In this document: piece after piece, positions 37,903 through 51,256 of the stretch
How the letters are laid out: each line of letters opens with the position of its first letter
Position numbering within the stretch: position 1 is the first letter of the stretch
From: Octopus sinensis
Lineage: Eukaryota
Reading direction: 5' to 3'
Length of the DNA: 64,000 bases
NCBI RefSeq assembly: GCF_006345805.1
Contig: NC_043001.1
Location: forward strand, 54,436,001-54,500,000
Translations under genes and position numbers: made by a program
The notes under the pieces: model-generated
The model's input: only the letters and a program-made list of their open reading frames with translations
What the model was told of the DNA's origin: nothing
Databases searched by the model: none

Positions 37903-37958
37903 CATAGTCTTACAGCTGTTTCTGCGATATTATGGATATCCCTTCATCAGAGACGATG
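37903..37958 (-). ncRNA. Type-I hammerhead ribozyme motif with canonical CUGAUGA/GAAA core
   Basis: Minus strand: caucgucu CUGAUGA a GGGAUAU ccaua AUAUCGC a GAAA CAGCUG UA agacuaug. Stem I 7 of 8 bp; palindromic ACAGCUGU stem III. Confidence 0.8.
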
Positions 37959-38740
37959 TGAGATGGTTTAATACAGGTAAATATTTGAGTTCGAAATAAG
38001 GAATTATTATGGAAAAGGAGGAGATAGGGAATATAGAGGGAAATAAGAGAATGACAACCGATGCTGGTGCGTTTACGTCCCCGTAACTTAACGGTTCGGC
38101 AAAAGAGACCGATAGAATAAGTACTAGGCTTACAAAGAATAAGTCCTGGAGTCGATTTGTTCGACTAAAGGCGGTGCTCCAGCATGGCCGCAGTCAAATG
38201 ACTGAAACAAGTAAAAGAGTAGAAAGGGTTTGGTCATTGCTTCTGTCCTCTGCCCTCCTTAATCCCCTCTCTCTCTCCTTAATCCCCTCTCTCTGTGTCT
38301 CTCTTTCTCTCTCTTTCTCTCACCTTCTTGCAACCTGCTGCTCCTAAGCCATTCCATTGGCGACAGCCGCCTGTTCTACACGTGTCACCTCTACCGAAAA
38401 GGTAATCGCTTTCCACGCTTGCTGATCAATTGTTTTTGTCTCATTTTGTCTCAAAGTCATTCCTGTTTTTATTCGTTACTGTTTCCAATGTTATCTTCGT
38501 CTCTTGTTTTCCTATTCGTCTCTGTTGTCACATTCTTTCCTTCTACCAAGGAAATCTAATGCCCATAGCTTAGCTTTTCCTTTGGGGCTGGACGTTTTGG
38601 AGCAAATCTCAGAATTAAACAGCCGAAATTTGCCATGATGAATCGGTTTCTGACTGAAGAATGAAGGCTCTGAATGACTGTCTGTTTTTCGTGTTCGTCA
38701 CTTCGTGTATTTCACGTTCTTTATATATAAAGTTTTATTA

Positions 38741-38791
<51 letters not shown>

Positions 38792-39348
38792 GATATGTAG
38801 AAAAATATAAACTGAGACAAGAACGCATAAAAACTTAGAAGACGATACAACAAACACAGACAGGACATTCGAAGCCCTCAGTCTTCAGTCAAGAACCGGA
38901 TCATCGTAGTAATTTCGGCTGATTATATATATATATATATATTAAGGAATTGGTATGACATTTATTATACAGTTACGATCGTTTCAACAACGTAACTGGA
39001 CGGTAAATGCATAATAGATGTTTGATACTAATGTCTTTCTTGGGGTTAACAAACTGCAATCGAGACCGCCCGAACAGAAAACCATGTTAAAGTGGCTACG
39101 AATATCTTCTTTTTCCGTTATATTTTATACTCCGTAATTCATGAACATTTCCTAGATTTTCAGTATGTGCTGAAAACTTTGGATTTACTGGATTGTTTCG
39201 CCACCTTTTTCTATACACCCTCTTGCCCTGGCACTCACATAAGTGTGTGCTTGGGTAATCGCCTGGATTTCACAAATTTTTCTCTATGTAGTTGGTGTAC
39301 ATACACGAACACGCGCACACACAAACACCATATATGTATATATATATA

Positions 39349-39411
<63 letters not shown>

Positions 39412-39560
39412 TATATGTATACATATGCATAACATTCATATATGTTTTATACGTGTGATTTGTTTGTGTTTTCATGCATACATTTATATGTAGATATATA
39501 TATATATATATAAATATACATAAACACATAACACATATATACATATATATATATATATAT

Positions 39561-39608
<48 letters not shown>

Positions 39609-40456
39609 AATAATAATAATAATAATAAAAATGTATATACACAGACAATGTATATGTGTGCGTTTGTGTGTCAAAGAACATATATGTACACACCCAAGCT
39701 CGCACGCATGCATATTATGTATGTACGTATGTTTGTACGTATGTATGTGCGTATATGAGTGTGTGTGCGTATGTATGTATGTATGTATGTATGTATGTAT
39801 GTATGTATGTATGTGTGTGTATGTATGCATGTATGTATGTATTTCAAAGGTTTCTTATTTAAAAGGAAGCTGGTGAGATAACGACGTACGTGATGCTGTG
39901 ACTGACAGTCTTCTGTGAAAAATTTGGCCTATATTTTACATCCAACTTCATACCCTACCCTGAATGTTTGGTATGCCTCTCTGTCTGTGTGTCTGTTTGT
40001 ATATATGTATGTTGGTTGTTTAAGTTGTAAGTAGTTCCAGGGACCAGGCCTGGGGAGGTATATGAAAGAATGGGGCAAAACCATGTACATTCATGAATGA
40101 AATTCCGAAGGTTACAAAAAAAGAAGGAAAATTTGCTAATAAAAATACGAAGAAACACCTACAAATAAAACTGCTTCCAAAAACTAAGAAATCCAGAACA
40201 AATGATTTCAAGAGAACTGTTTCCATTATGATATATTGAGTGAGTAGTAGTTTAGAGTGGGTTGTGGGTAGTAGCGAGCGCGGAACGAGACTGAGATACA
40301 GTGGCGATGTCCTAAAAATGCCTTAACCATGTGGACACGTTTGTAAGAGAGTGATTGTGTGTGTGTATGTGAATGTTCGTGTGTACATATACACAGGAAT
40401 ACACATGCGGATCGCGCACGCATAATGTACTTGTAATGTACGTGTGTGCGTGCGTA

Positions 40457-40670
40457 AGATGGTGAGGTCGCAGAATCGTTAGCACGCCAGGCAAAATACT
40501 TAGCGGCATTTCGTCTCCACGTTCTGACTTCAAATTCCGCCGAGTTCCACTTTGCCTTTCATCCTTCCGAAGTTGATAGAATAAATATCAGTAGAGTACT
40601 GGGACCAATCTAATCGACTTAGTCCCCTTCGCCAAACCTGTTGGCCCTGCGCCAAAATTTGAAATCAATA
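40457..40670 (+). mobile_element. SINE family A
   Basis: gcagaatcgttagcacgcc..ttcaaattccgccgag..gcctttcatcc. Confidence 0.8.
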
Positions 40671-40696
40671 TACGCGTGGGTGTAACGTTTTATTTA

Positions 40697-40766
<70 letters not shown>

Positions 40767-40911
40767 ATATGTGTGTAATGAATATATATATATATTGTAA
40801 TGAATATATATATAAATGGCGGTGCCCCAGCATGGCCACAGCTCATGAGCTGAAACTGGAATCAATCAATCAATCAATCATACATACACACACACGTATA
40901 TATGTATGTGA

Positions 40912-40952
<41 letters not shown>

Positions 40953-41758
40953 AACACATACATACATGCATACATACATGCATACATACATGCATACATA
41001 AATACATACATACACACACACACGCAAATGTATATTAAAATTTTTTTTTTTTCACTTATTAAGTATACAATAGGAATTAATCAAGTGCCGCTATTTACCG
41101 TTTGTTGCCAATGCACTTGTCAAATCTTCGCCCCAAATTCTAGGCCCATGAGTAACACCTTTAGTATCGTCAGTTAATAAAAATGCGAGAGAGAGGGAGA
41201 GAGAGAGGGGGGAGAGAGAGAGTGCATGCGCGTGCGCGTGTGAGTGCCAGTGTTTGGATAGGGTATTTAAGTAGAATTTTTACACGAGTAGACTTTTTCT
41301 TTCGTCAGCGCAGCGACCTTATTTCATCGAGGGTCATTTCCCTACGCCATACTGGCCTTTCTTGACTTTGTCTGGTTAACATATATTTGTTATTAGAGAA
41401 CTATCTTAACTCTAAGACGAACAGTTGATTCGAGCCGCAGTTCGCATTCTTTCACCTTATCAACTATCCTTCAATTTCCTTTCAGATTAACGTTGTTACT
41501 AAAAAGAATTAATAAATGACTCATCAGTCTAAGCGACAACTGTGGCGAACTTGTTAAATAACATTAACGTTATTCTAAACTGCTGTATAATGCTGTAAAA
41601 ATAGTAATAGTGGTGTGGAAGTTAAATGGCCTTCGGTCAAGAATCAAAAACACTTATAGAACCCAGACACACCAGACTTCCCAAAGCGTGATGCACTTCC
41701 TAGAATTCACAATATATCCTTCTCTCCCTTTCTTTCTCTCATTATATATCTCTTTCTT

Positions 41759-41802
<44 letters not shown>

Positions 41803-42259
41803 ACTTTCCCTTGCCACACGCACGCATGCACACACAAGCACACGCAAACACGCACTCAAGCAACACACACACACACACAAGTACGAGTGTGTGTGTGCGG
41901 TGTGTGCGCGCGTGTGTAACAAGTAACATGGGTTGATAGGTTTCTATAATCGCATAAAAGATATATATTAACTGTCTCTACGAGGAGGTGCTGAAAGGTT
42001 CCTGGTTATAGATTTACTGTCTCTATATGGTGGTAAGAAACTCCCTCGAGTACGTGTTTCGTTCCCTTATTACATTCTGAGGAGACCTGACCGCATTCAG
42101 GTCATCACTCTGGAATGCCCTTTGCTGACACTTTTTAGCTACTTGGATATCGAAGACTTGTGCGTTTAAACCGCTTAGAGATTTCAATAAGGGAGCCATG
42201 CAGCTTACTCAATTTGAGTCAGAAAAATGAAAGCTTATTTACATTTCCCCCATGTACAG

Positions 42260-42295
42260 CTTTGTCCACTTATCTAACGAATGATAATTATGAAG
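42260..42295 (+). CDS. Candidate 36-nt symmetric (phase 1-1) micro-exon, xLSTYLTNDNYE; alternative acceptor at 42138 gives a 157-nt exon
   Basis: ttatttacatttcccccatgtacag| acceptor and consensus AAG|GTGAGT donor. Open frame. Terminal G plus AA of exon 44312 gives GAA in frame. Confidence 0.4.
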
Positions 42296-44311
42296 GTGAG
42301 TACCGTAAAGATAACACCCTGCAAGACGTTGCTGTGACCTAGTTATGCTGACAGTTCTACTATAAATTCCTGTTACTATTTACTGAGAAAAGCCTAGATG
42401 TTAAACCAAAGGGGTGACTCTATGCGGTCGTACGGGTTGCTAAAAATTGTAACCAAACTTCCTCAAATTACACATTGCTGCCTTAAAAGGGAATAAGATA
42501 CTGGACAATATACAGTACAAAAAATAAGCCATGTGGTTACAGCTGAAGCACCTTTGACCATAAGTTTGTTCTATCAGAGGTTGCTTTGAAGCTAAACGAC
42601 AACCACAAAAGTACAATATAACCAGCCGTCACACGCAGTGAACAAGGCTTAGTAGCATGTGCTATGTTATCGTTAATCATTTTAGATGCCTGTGTAATCG
42701 CGAGCAGACGTAGACACCCTCTTGGCTCTGTCACTCTTGAACAAGCGACCGGCCGGTAGACATTTACAAAAGAGTGAACAGGAGTATCGTGAAATGAAGT
42801 GCCTACTGCTCAAAGACAAAACACGCCGCCTGGTCCAAGAATTGAACCCAAGATCTTATGATCATGAACTAAGCACCTCTGTCTACCAAACGACACATCT
42901 TCACTAAAATATAGATATTGCTAAATCAAATTTTTTTGTCGTTCTCTTTAAGTACGAATGCAGTAATTTATAGTTGAAGAATGTCTTTTACTGTAGCCTA
43001 GGGCTGATCACAGCCGTGTGAGCATATTTGGAAAACGGAAAGTAGTTGGCAGTTCTTTGTTTATAGATGCACACTTGTAAACACTCACAAACATGGGTAT
43101 GTGTATTCGTCTTTCGCCGATGTCTTTCACTGAGCAAACCAATAAACTGATACTTTCGAACTAATATGCCCTACAATATTTGTTCCGCCCTACTTTCGCA
43201 GACACTCCCTTGTCACTCTAGCCATTTTAAATGCAGCAAACAATCAAATCTATAACCAATGGCGCTGTTGTTCACCAACTGTGATAATAAATATATTTGC
43301 CCATAAATTTTCAGTGGTATGATGACAGAGCAAATAAAATCGATCTCAGTACGCAACTGATAGTTTTTTCAGTAACACAAGAAGGGTGAAACACAGTTTC
43401 AGCCGCAACTGAGTTTGAGCTCAGATCATAATGGAACATAGCTAAATACTACAAGATATTTTGTTGTTCGGCACTCGACTGTTTTTGCTACCTGCCATTC
43501 TTGTTGAAATTGCGTGTGACACTTCCAGCATTATCATTCAAGCTATCGTGTGACCTGCACCCCAAAATCATGCGACTCTGGTTCATATATTCCAATATTT
43601 CGGTGGAAATTACAGTAACAGTAAAGTGCTGGTCTAAATACATCACAAGCTCCTAAGTTCGCCTTTCAACTAGTAAGTTCAACTCACAGCGATGTCGACT
43701 TCACCTTTCAAATGAATCTCAGAGGATTTTGATAAAAAGAAAGGAGAAATATCGTGTTGTTGTTAAACTCCAAATCAACCCGTGTTGAGTATACCTATGA
43801 TCAAAGATACACTATTATAGACATTCCAGTATTTTATTTTATTTTTCTTATCATAGAGTTATGCATATCTATATTGTCAAAAGTTTTTCGTTCATGTTGA
43901 TCAACCTTGTATCAAGCTATTTCGTCTAGGCCTACGACCAAAGGCTTTCTCGTCATAATCATTCTGATTTTTTAAAATCAAGATTTACGTTATTCAATTT
44001 TCTTTTTTCATGAAACGTTAAAATATGATTTCACAGAGATATGGTTGTAGTTTAGGCAGATTGAAGGACAAGGTTTTTTCCCCTTAAAGTAACGGAATTT
44101 GATTTAAGGAAAATGTGGGAAATTTGCATGCTATTTCTCACAGGTCAAATGACTTCGTATATGCTCCTTCACTGGTTAATGATCATTGTTATAGTTTAAT
44201 AAGATAGTCGGTCGTTCCAGTCGTTTCCCTGTTCTGCCAGTAACTTTTAAAATGTATTTTATCTAGCATTATTGTTGTTTATTATGATTCTTCAAATTTG
44301 ATCTATTGCAG

Positions 44312-44856
44312 AAACGGCAACTGGGCAGACAGCAAGCCAGACAAATGCTGAAGACAGCGATGAAGAAAGTTTGGTCTCTGTAAAACAACGAATCCAGAGA
44401 CTGGAGGAAACGAAATCAATGACTTTAACACGCTATCAAGATGGCCGCAAGAAGCGTGTGCCACCACCCGTTCCCGTCAAACCTCGATCGATTTCTCTGC
44501 GTGGTGCCGGGGATGTTTCTGGCATGTCAAGAGTCTTACCAATATTGAACCAGCAACGTCAGAATGACCTGCACTCACAGTTACCAGATTCACAGATGGC
44601 CAGGTCGTTAAATGATCTCAGTCTAACAGACGATACTTCTGGTGTTTCCAGTGAACCGAATGTTCCTCCCTCCGTACATAGGATGCTATACAACAGCCCT
44701 CACTCTACTCTACCCAGATTGAGGAGTGGGTCGGCTTGCAATCCAGTGATCGGATATTCTGTTCAAGAAAATAGTGGCAACACACAAACTCTACCGAATT
44801 CTGTGGATCATACTACTGACATACAGTCGGACACACCTACATATAACAACACAAAG
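44312..44856 (+). CDS. Internal coding exon (phase 1 to phase 0, 181 full codons) of an unidentified large gene; Ser/Thr/Pro-rich, probably disordered segment with an SH3-ligand-like motif
   Basis: Acceptor tttgatctattgcag| at 44311 and donor AAG|GTTAGT at 44856/7. Stop-free, non-repetitive and GC-richer than flanks. Translates ..TATGQTASQTNAEDSDEESLVSVKQRIQRLEETKSMTLTRYQDGRKKRVPPPVPVKPRS...SLNDLS...HSTLPR...YNNTK. The ORF-track extension past 44856 is microsatellite. Confidence 0.8.
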
Positions 44857-44962
44857 GTTAGTGCATGTTCTGAAATATATATGTTTTATATCTATCCGTG
44901 TGTGTGTGCGTGTTTTTGCGCATGTGTATGCTTATATTTATGTATATATAGCAAGCCTCCCC

Positions 44963-44994
<32 letters not shown>

Positions 44995-45124
44995 GAGAGA
45001 GAGAGAGTACCCCTCCCCCTACATATATATTTATGTGTGTGTATATATATATATATTTATATATATATACGCATGTATGTATGTGCGTGTGTGGGTATGT
45101 ATGTGTGTGTACACACACACACAC

Positions 45125-45205
<81 letters not shown>

Positions 45206-46894
45206 GTGTGTATGTGCGTGTGTGCTATTTGTAAAGTCCACTGGCAAGCGCATGCTCAAATGCAGGCCACCCATAGAATGGGGCGTCAAGTGGGTTGAAG
45301 TGAACCAACCACATGCAAGCTTGTTGGGGTGTAAATGACGATGGTCTGATTGGACAAAGTCTTTTATTCTGCAACGTTTCCAGCATTGCTCTAGCCTTCA
45401 CAACGTTCAGCTTAGAGTTTCGCAAAACTGCCCACCGTTCAAACATCAATATACTTTCTCCCGCCAAAGTTCACCTTTTCAAATTATGCCATGCAGATAT
45501 CCAAAGCCAAAGACAGAGACCTGTAAGTGGCTACCAAGTATGCTAGAAATAGCAGATCTCCCTCAAATCACACTTTTATCTTGCTAAATATAACAGTAAT
45601 CAAAAATATCAATGCATCTTCTTTCGTTGGTTTTGAAGAGGGTTTAATTGCCATTGGGCGACTACTTACAGATCTGTCATTGCTCTGTGTGGGCGTGGAG
45701 GTGGGTGCACGCGCGCGCGTGTGTACATGCACACACGCTCACACACATTCATGTTACAGTTGATATATACTCATATGTGAAGTGAGGAGAATTAGCTACT
45801 ATTTCTAGCAGCTTGGACGACCAATTACAGTCCTCCGATTTTTCCTTTGAAGATTTCTGTGGCATTTGAATGAAACGTGGAATAAGTGAAAAGGAATGTT
45901 GACGTTTGAGCAATGAGCAAGGGTGTAAAACTATCAATCTTCTATTTGAACGGTCATGAGAACTTACAGAACGAACTGATCTTCTACCCCAATGTTTCTT
46001 AAAGGATGTTCTAACGCTGCCTTAATGGTGCTCTTACAAAATGGTAGGGGAAAGTAGTAAGTTTTAGAGGGGTCTTACAAAATTTATTATAAGTGTAGTA
46101 TGTTGTTAGATCTTGAGGGTCGTTGATGAGTTTATAAAAAATCAATAGAAGTTTGTTTGTGTAAAAAGAACCACTACTCTTCGCAGTCAAGATGCTAAAG
46201 AGAACAGTCGAATTTTCCTCAAATCACTCCTACTATCTTAACACTTTTGTCGCTATCTTTGATGAAATAGACTGCTGCTTTTTTTTTTTTTTTTGGCGGT
46301 GGGGTTCCTATTAATTGTTAAAATAATAAAATGATTAAGTCATTATTAAAATGGTGATAGGAACATAATTTAACATGAAATTTTGATGAAAGCTTTTAAT
46401 TTAGATAATTTTAGAGCCGGAAGTATATACCAGGGGATCAGAGGGAACCTTAATTGGTTTGGTATCAAAGGGATCAAAATGGGAAGATACTCGATATTGT
46501 AGTCATAGATACAATATGAATGAAATAAAAATAAATAAAAAGATGAGATTGTATTTATCACTTGATCACCTGCTCGATTAGAACTAATTTGATACTAAAT
46601 AAGTAACAGTAATAGCTGGTATATGCAAAAATATATGGAGGGCAGTGAAAAATACAATATGCTTAGAGTGTTACACAACATTGATGTGCACAGGATAACA
46701 GTCTAGAAATGCTTCCCACAGATGCACTATGAATCATGGGAAGCACTTAATCGTTCGATTACAGACTACCTACGAACCAAAATAATCGCAGCACTTACTA
46801 ATGATAGTAACCAAATTTCCTTCAAATTATACTCCCTTTAAATCATACTCAGAAAAAGATACTTTGAATAATGTAGTCCTTGGATTCCTACACG

Positions 46895-47150
46895 TAGGGA
46901 AAATATGGGATGTTACATGCTGTGACACCTTCTCCCATGGCAGCTTCGTGTGTTCAGCTACAAGCCCTGGCTCCGCTGCTCGTCAGGTTGATAAAAGCAA
47001 ACTGTCAAACTATCGAGCCTGTGACGATGGAGACCTCTGGCGTTCTCAGCCTCCAGACCATATCCCTACTCACCGCTATCGAGGCGTTGATGGCTATCCG
47101 CAAGTGCGAACACCATGAGTCAGACTGATTGTTCCAGCATATCTGTTCCA
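46895..47150 (+). mobile_element. CRE-clade non-LTR retrotransposon RLE-domain remnant
   Basis: IWDVTCCDTFS..S...SATSPGSAARQVDKSKLSNY, frameshift, then EPVTMETSGVL...E..LFQ. Fits WDVT..DT...G.AA..AE..K..KY...P.A.ET.G. Confidence 0.7.
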
Positions 47151-48483
47151 ACACCTTTTCCATTTAGTCTCCTGGGACCATGAGACAGTCTGACTCACGA
47201 GAAATTGTGCATTCCACTCCTTAATGTAAAATGCTCCATATGAACATGGGGAATCAATGAATGTATTTTTCTTAGTCAGAGTTGACACATACTGAGACGC
47301 TTTTCAGGCGCGGTCCCAGGACTTTTTCGAATCAGATGGGAATATAATTCCAGTAGAAAAGGGCGTAATTATTTAGGAGGGCGCACTTCTTTTCTTGAGT
47401 AGGGTACGTGCCCCTCAGGCCACCTTCCGTAGGCCCGTCCCTGCTTTTGTTTAACATTTCACCCTAACGTTGTCAAGTTCCGTGAGCCGCACCCAGCGCC
47501 CACAACTGCGTTGTCTGGAATTCTTGTTTTGTCTTTATTTACTGTCATCAACCTAACTTCAAACGTTACTGCTGATGATGATGCTACTGCTACACGCGCA
47601 ATCATACCTGTTCAAAATATAAAAATAGCCACTTGCTGATTGGCAAGGCAGGTATATCTCCCCTTCTTCAAACCTTTGTTTCCTCTTCTACCCCTCTGTC
47701 AACGATTTCTCTTGCTGCCCTGAACTGCTTTTCCACATACACTCGCTCCATCCAACCCCACTCTGCGCACCTGTCTCAATTTCTTTTGTCTGTATTGTGT
47801 CTTACCTATAGACCCTGCACCAAACACCTTGCACAACCCTCTACCCTTGTGCGAATACATATCCTTCGGAGTCCTTTTCTTGCTTACGTTTTTTGAATCA
47901 GACATCGGCTTACAATTATTTATTAATACATAGTACATCTACCGAATCAATCTCACTGACATGTGAGATCCTAAAAAATTCTTGGATACCGATTGTCCCT
48001 CCGTCTCTGACCAACATAGTTTCTTTTAAATCACAGCGCTATCTTTACCCACTTTGTTGCTCTCGTTTTTGTTCGTTATTTTGGCGATCTAACCTTTGAG
48101 CCAACTAACTACAAAGTGAAAAAAAGTGAAAGTGGAGTATGCGTGCCTGTGTAATAAGAAGCTTGCTTCTCAGTCACATGGTTTCAGGTTGAGTCTCACT
48201 GTGTGACACCTTCTACTATAGCCTCAGGTCGACAAAAACCTTGTGTGTTGATTTGGTTGACGGAAACTGTCATATGTGTGTGTGTGTGTGTCTTTGTGTC
48301 TGTGTCCCCCCCTCACCGCTTGACAACCGATGTTGGTGTGTTTATGCATCCGTAACTTAGGGGTTCGGCAAAAGAGTTCGATATAATAAGTACTAGGCTT
48401 TAAAAATAAGTACAGGGGTCGATTTGTTCGAGAAAACCCTTCAAGCCAAAGAATAAAAAATTGTGTGTGGGTGCGAGAGTATA

Positions 48484-48537
<54 letters not shown>

Positions 48538-48567
48538 TATGGCACTCAGGAATATAAATAAAACAAG

Positions 48568-48605
48568 TCTTTTACGTTTCGAGCCTACGCTCTTCAACAG
48601 AAAGA
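48568..48605 (-). ncRNA. Minimal hammerhead motif, CUGUNGA variant, in PLE-tail element 48535-48835
   Basis: Minus strand: ucuuu CUGUUGA A GAGC guag GCUC GAAA CG UA aaaga. Confidence 0.7.
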
Positions 48606-48957
48606 TACACAGAAAAGAAACACGGAGAGAAACAAGGAGAGAAAAAAATGCATGCAGAAGCTAGCGATTCAACATGGCGATCTGATTCCGGCCAGAAGTC
48701 AGAGATCAGACGTGAGAGCGAAAGTAGGGGAGATAACAGGGTCAAATGACTTCGCCCCAACATAAGGGTGCGTGTGTGTATGAGAGTATGTAGTGCGTAT
48801 GAAAGGTCTGGACGCGTGTATGTATGTATGATGTGATGTGTAATGTCGTATGGTATAGTGTAGAGAGAGAGGAGGAGATGAAAGGGTAGAAATTGATATT
48901 AATCAATTAAAACCAGTGGCTTAGCATATTTTAAAAATCCGAAGATTATATATATAT

Positions 48958-48988
<31 letters not shown>

Positions 48989-49997
48989 AATATATATATA
49001 TATATTATATATATATATATATACACATAGTACCCAAGATACATTTTCAGTTTCATGCTTATTGTTGTCTTTGAAGCAACAGGATACGTACCAACCCGTC
49101 TGGAGCGATTAGGGGCAGAATGCAACTCTTAATTTATACGTAACGAATGGTCACGATATCCGAGACAATAAAAATCTGCAAGACCTTAAGATTTAAAGTA
49201 TGATAGACAAAACAAGATGTTTTCCTCCTCAAGCTTGCTACCAAGCATTTGGCCGGTCAAAATTAACTCAGAATAAAAAAGGAAAAAAACAGTAAAGAGA
49301 AAGTACATATGTTGTAAATACACGTATGTATATATTTACATTATTTCTTACGCTACGTAGGCGGCAAAACACCCACGCTACTTTCTAAATTTTCTTTCTT
49401 TTTAGAGACTTTTCTTCGAAATGGTCGTGTGCTTAACACGCTCAGTTCGCCATTTCATGGTTCCACATTCAAGTTCGGCTTTTGAATAGTTCCATCAGAT
49501 AAAATGTCACAACCAGTACCTTGGTTGATTCGAGGCTATAGTAGAAGGCACTTGCTGAAAGGGTTAGGGTCGCACAGTGGAATTAAATCTGGTACGACGT
49601 GGTGGTGTAGTAAATTTCTTGGCCATATAACAATGCTGAAAAAAAATATCTCGAAAAAAACAAAAACAAAAATGTTATGGGCTTTTTGCTGCCTGCCCAG
49701 ACTAAGAAATAATATAAATATTGCTCACCGTTAAGTAAATAACATTTATAAAGAGGGAAAAAAATTACCTAGCATTCAAATAATACATTTTTTCTAATAC
49801 GTTATCTTACTGATGAAAGTTTTCAGTTCTCATACAAATGGAAAAGAATCTATGCATTTTTACAATGTTTTGATATATGATATAGTAACCCTCTTTAAAA
49901 AAAAAAGAAAAACTTCTGCTAAGTCTCTTGTTCAAAAATAACTGCTTCTTTGATATCAAGATTAATAGATGGGTTCTTTTTTGAAGTCGCAGCTCTC

Positions 49998-50116
<119 letters not shown>

Positions 50117-50777
50117 GACGATAGAAACGATGAAGTATATAAGCAAATGAATAACTAAGCAAAACAATCTCATGAACGAAAATGAAAATTTCTTGGGTGT
50201 ATTTTGCCCCTTCCTCCCATCATTCAGTTGAAATCTTATCTGCTGCTCGTTGTTTCTAAGTTTAGTTTATTTCTTTTTCTTCACCATTCCCCTATTACCA
50301 CAATTTCTAGGGGCTTTTTTTTGTTTTCTATAATAGGAGATATACATTCATACATACATATATGTATCTATGCATTTCCCTAATTAAGTTGCTTTTTTTG
50401 TTTTGTTTGTTAGTTTGTTTTTTTTTTACTATTCCCTTGTTGCCTTAACGAGTTCTTGTAGTTTATTACTATTCCTCTATTACCCTAATAAAACATTTTT
50501 TTAGTTACTCATAGTTGCGTGCTCACAGTTACCAGATTTATTCTAACACGAAAAAATAGTTACTGTAACTTTTAAAATGGCTGTTATATTGAGAGCAAAA
50601 CAAGCGATTTTATTGCTTAACGGAAGATTAGAAAACAAAAATGGAACACTTTGTGCAGTTTTAATTTATGAAGACAAACCATTTTACTGTTCTGTTTGAA
50701 AACATTTTAAAATATTTTGATATATTTATTAACTTGTTATATAACAGAAAAATATTGACTTTACGTGACAGTACTAC

Positions 50778-51256
50778 GATATTACAAAAGGGAATATTAC
50801 ATGTGACATGGGACAAAGGCGGCGAGCTGGCAGAAAAGTTAGCACGCCGGGCGAAATGCTTAGCGGTATTTCGTCTGCCGCTACGTTCTGAGTTCAAATT
50901 CCGCCGAGGTCGACTTTGCCTTTCATCCTTTCGGGGTCGATTAAATAAGTACCAGTTACGCACTGAGGTCGATGTAATACCTATTTCTTTACTACCCACA
51001 AGGGATTAAACACAGAGAGTACAAACACGGACAGACATAGGTATTAAGTCGATTACATCGACCCCAGTACGTAACTGGCACTTATTTAATCGACCCCGAA
51101 AGGATGAAAGGCAAAGTCGACCTCGGCGGAATTTGAACTCAGAACGTAGTGGCAGACGAAATACCGCTAAGCATTTCACCTGGCGTGCTAACGTTTCTGC
51201 CAGCTCGCCGCCTTTGTCCCTGTCCCATGTAATATTATTTTCCTTTTGTAATATCA
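50778..51256. repeat. Fold-back palindrome of two inverted SINE A copies plus ~40 bp of duplicated 5' flank
   Basis: Arm 50778-50978 is the reverse complement of 51052-51256, with the SINE tail as the loop. Confidence 0.9.

Noticed and set aside
41980-42010. TACGAGGAGGTGCTGAAAGGTTCC mariner-like terminus
   Set aside because: No matching opposite TIR or convincing transposase found nearby.
45370-45410. GTGAAGGCT..GAAACGTT on the minus strand resembling a PLE hammerhead
   Set aside because: Core and stems I/II are too decayed to support a call.
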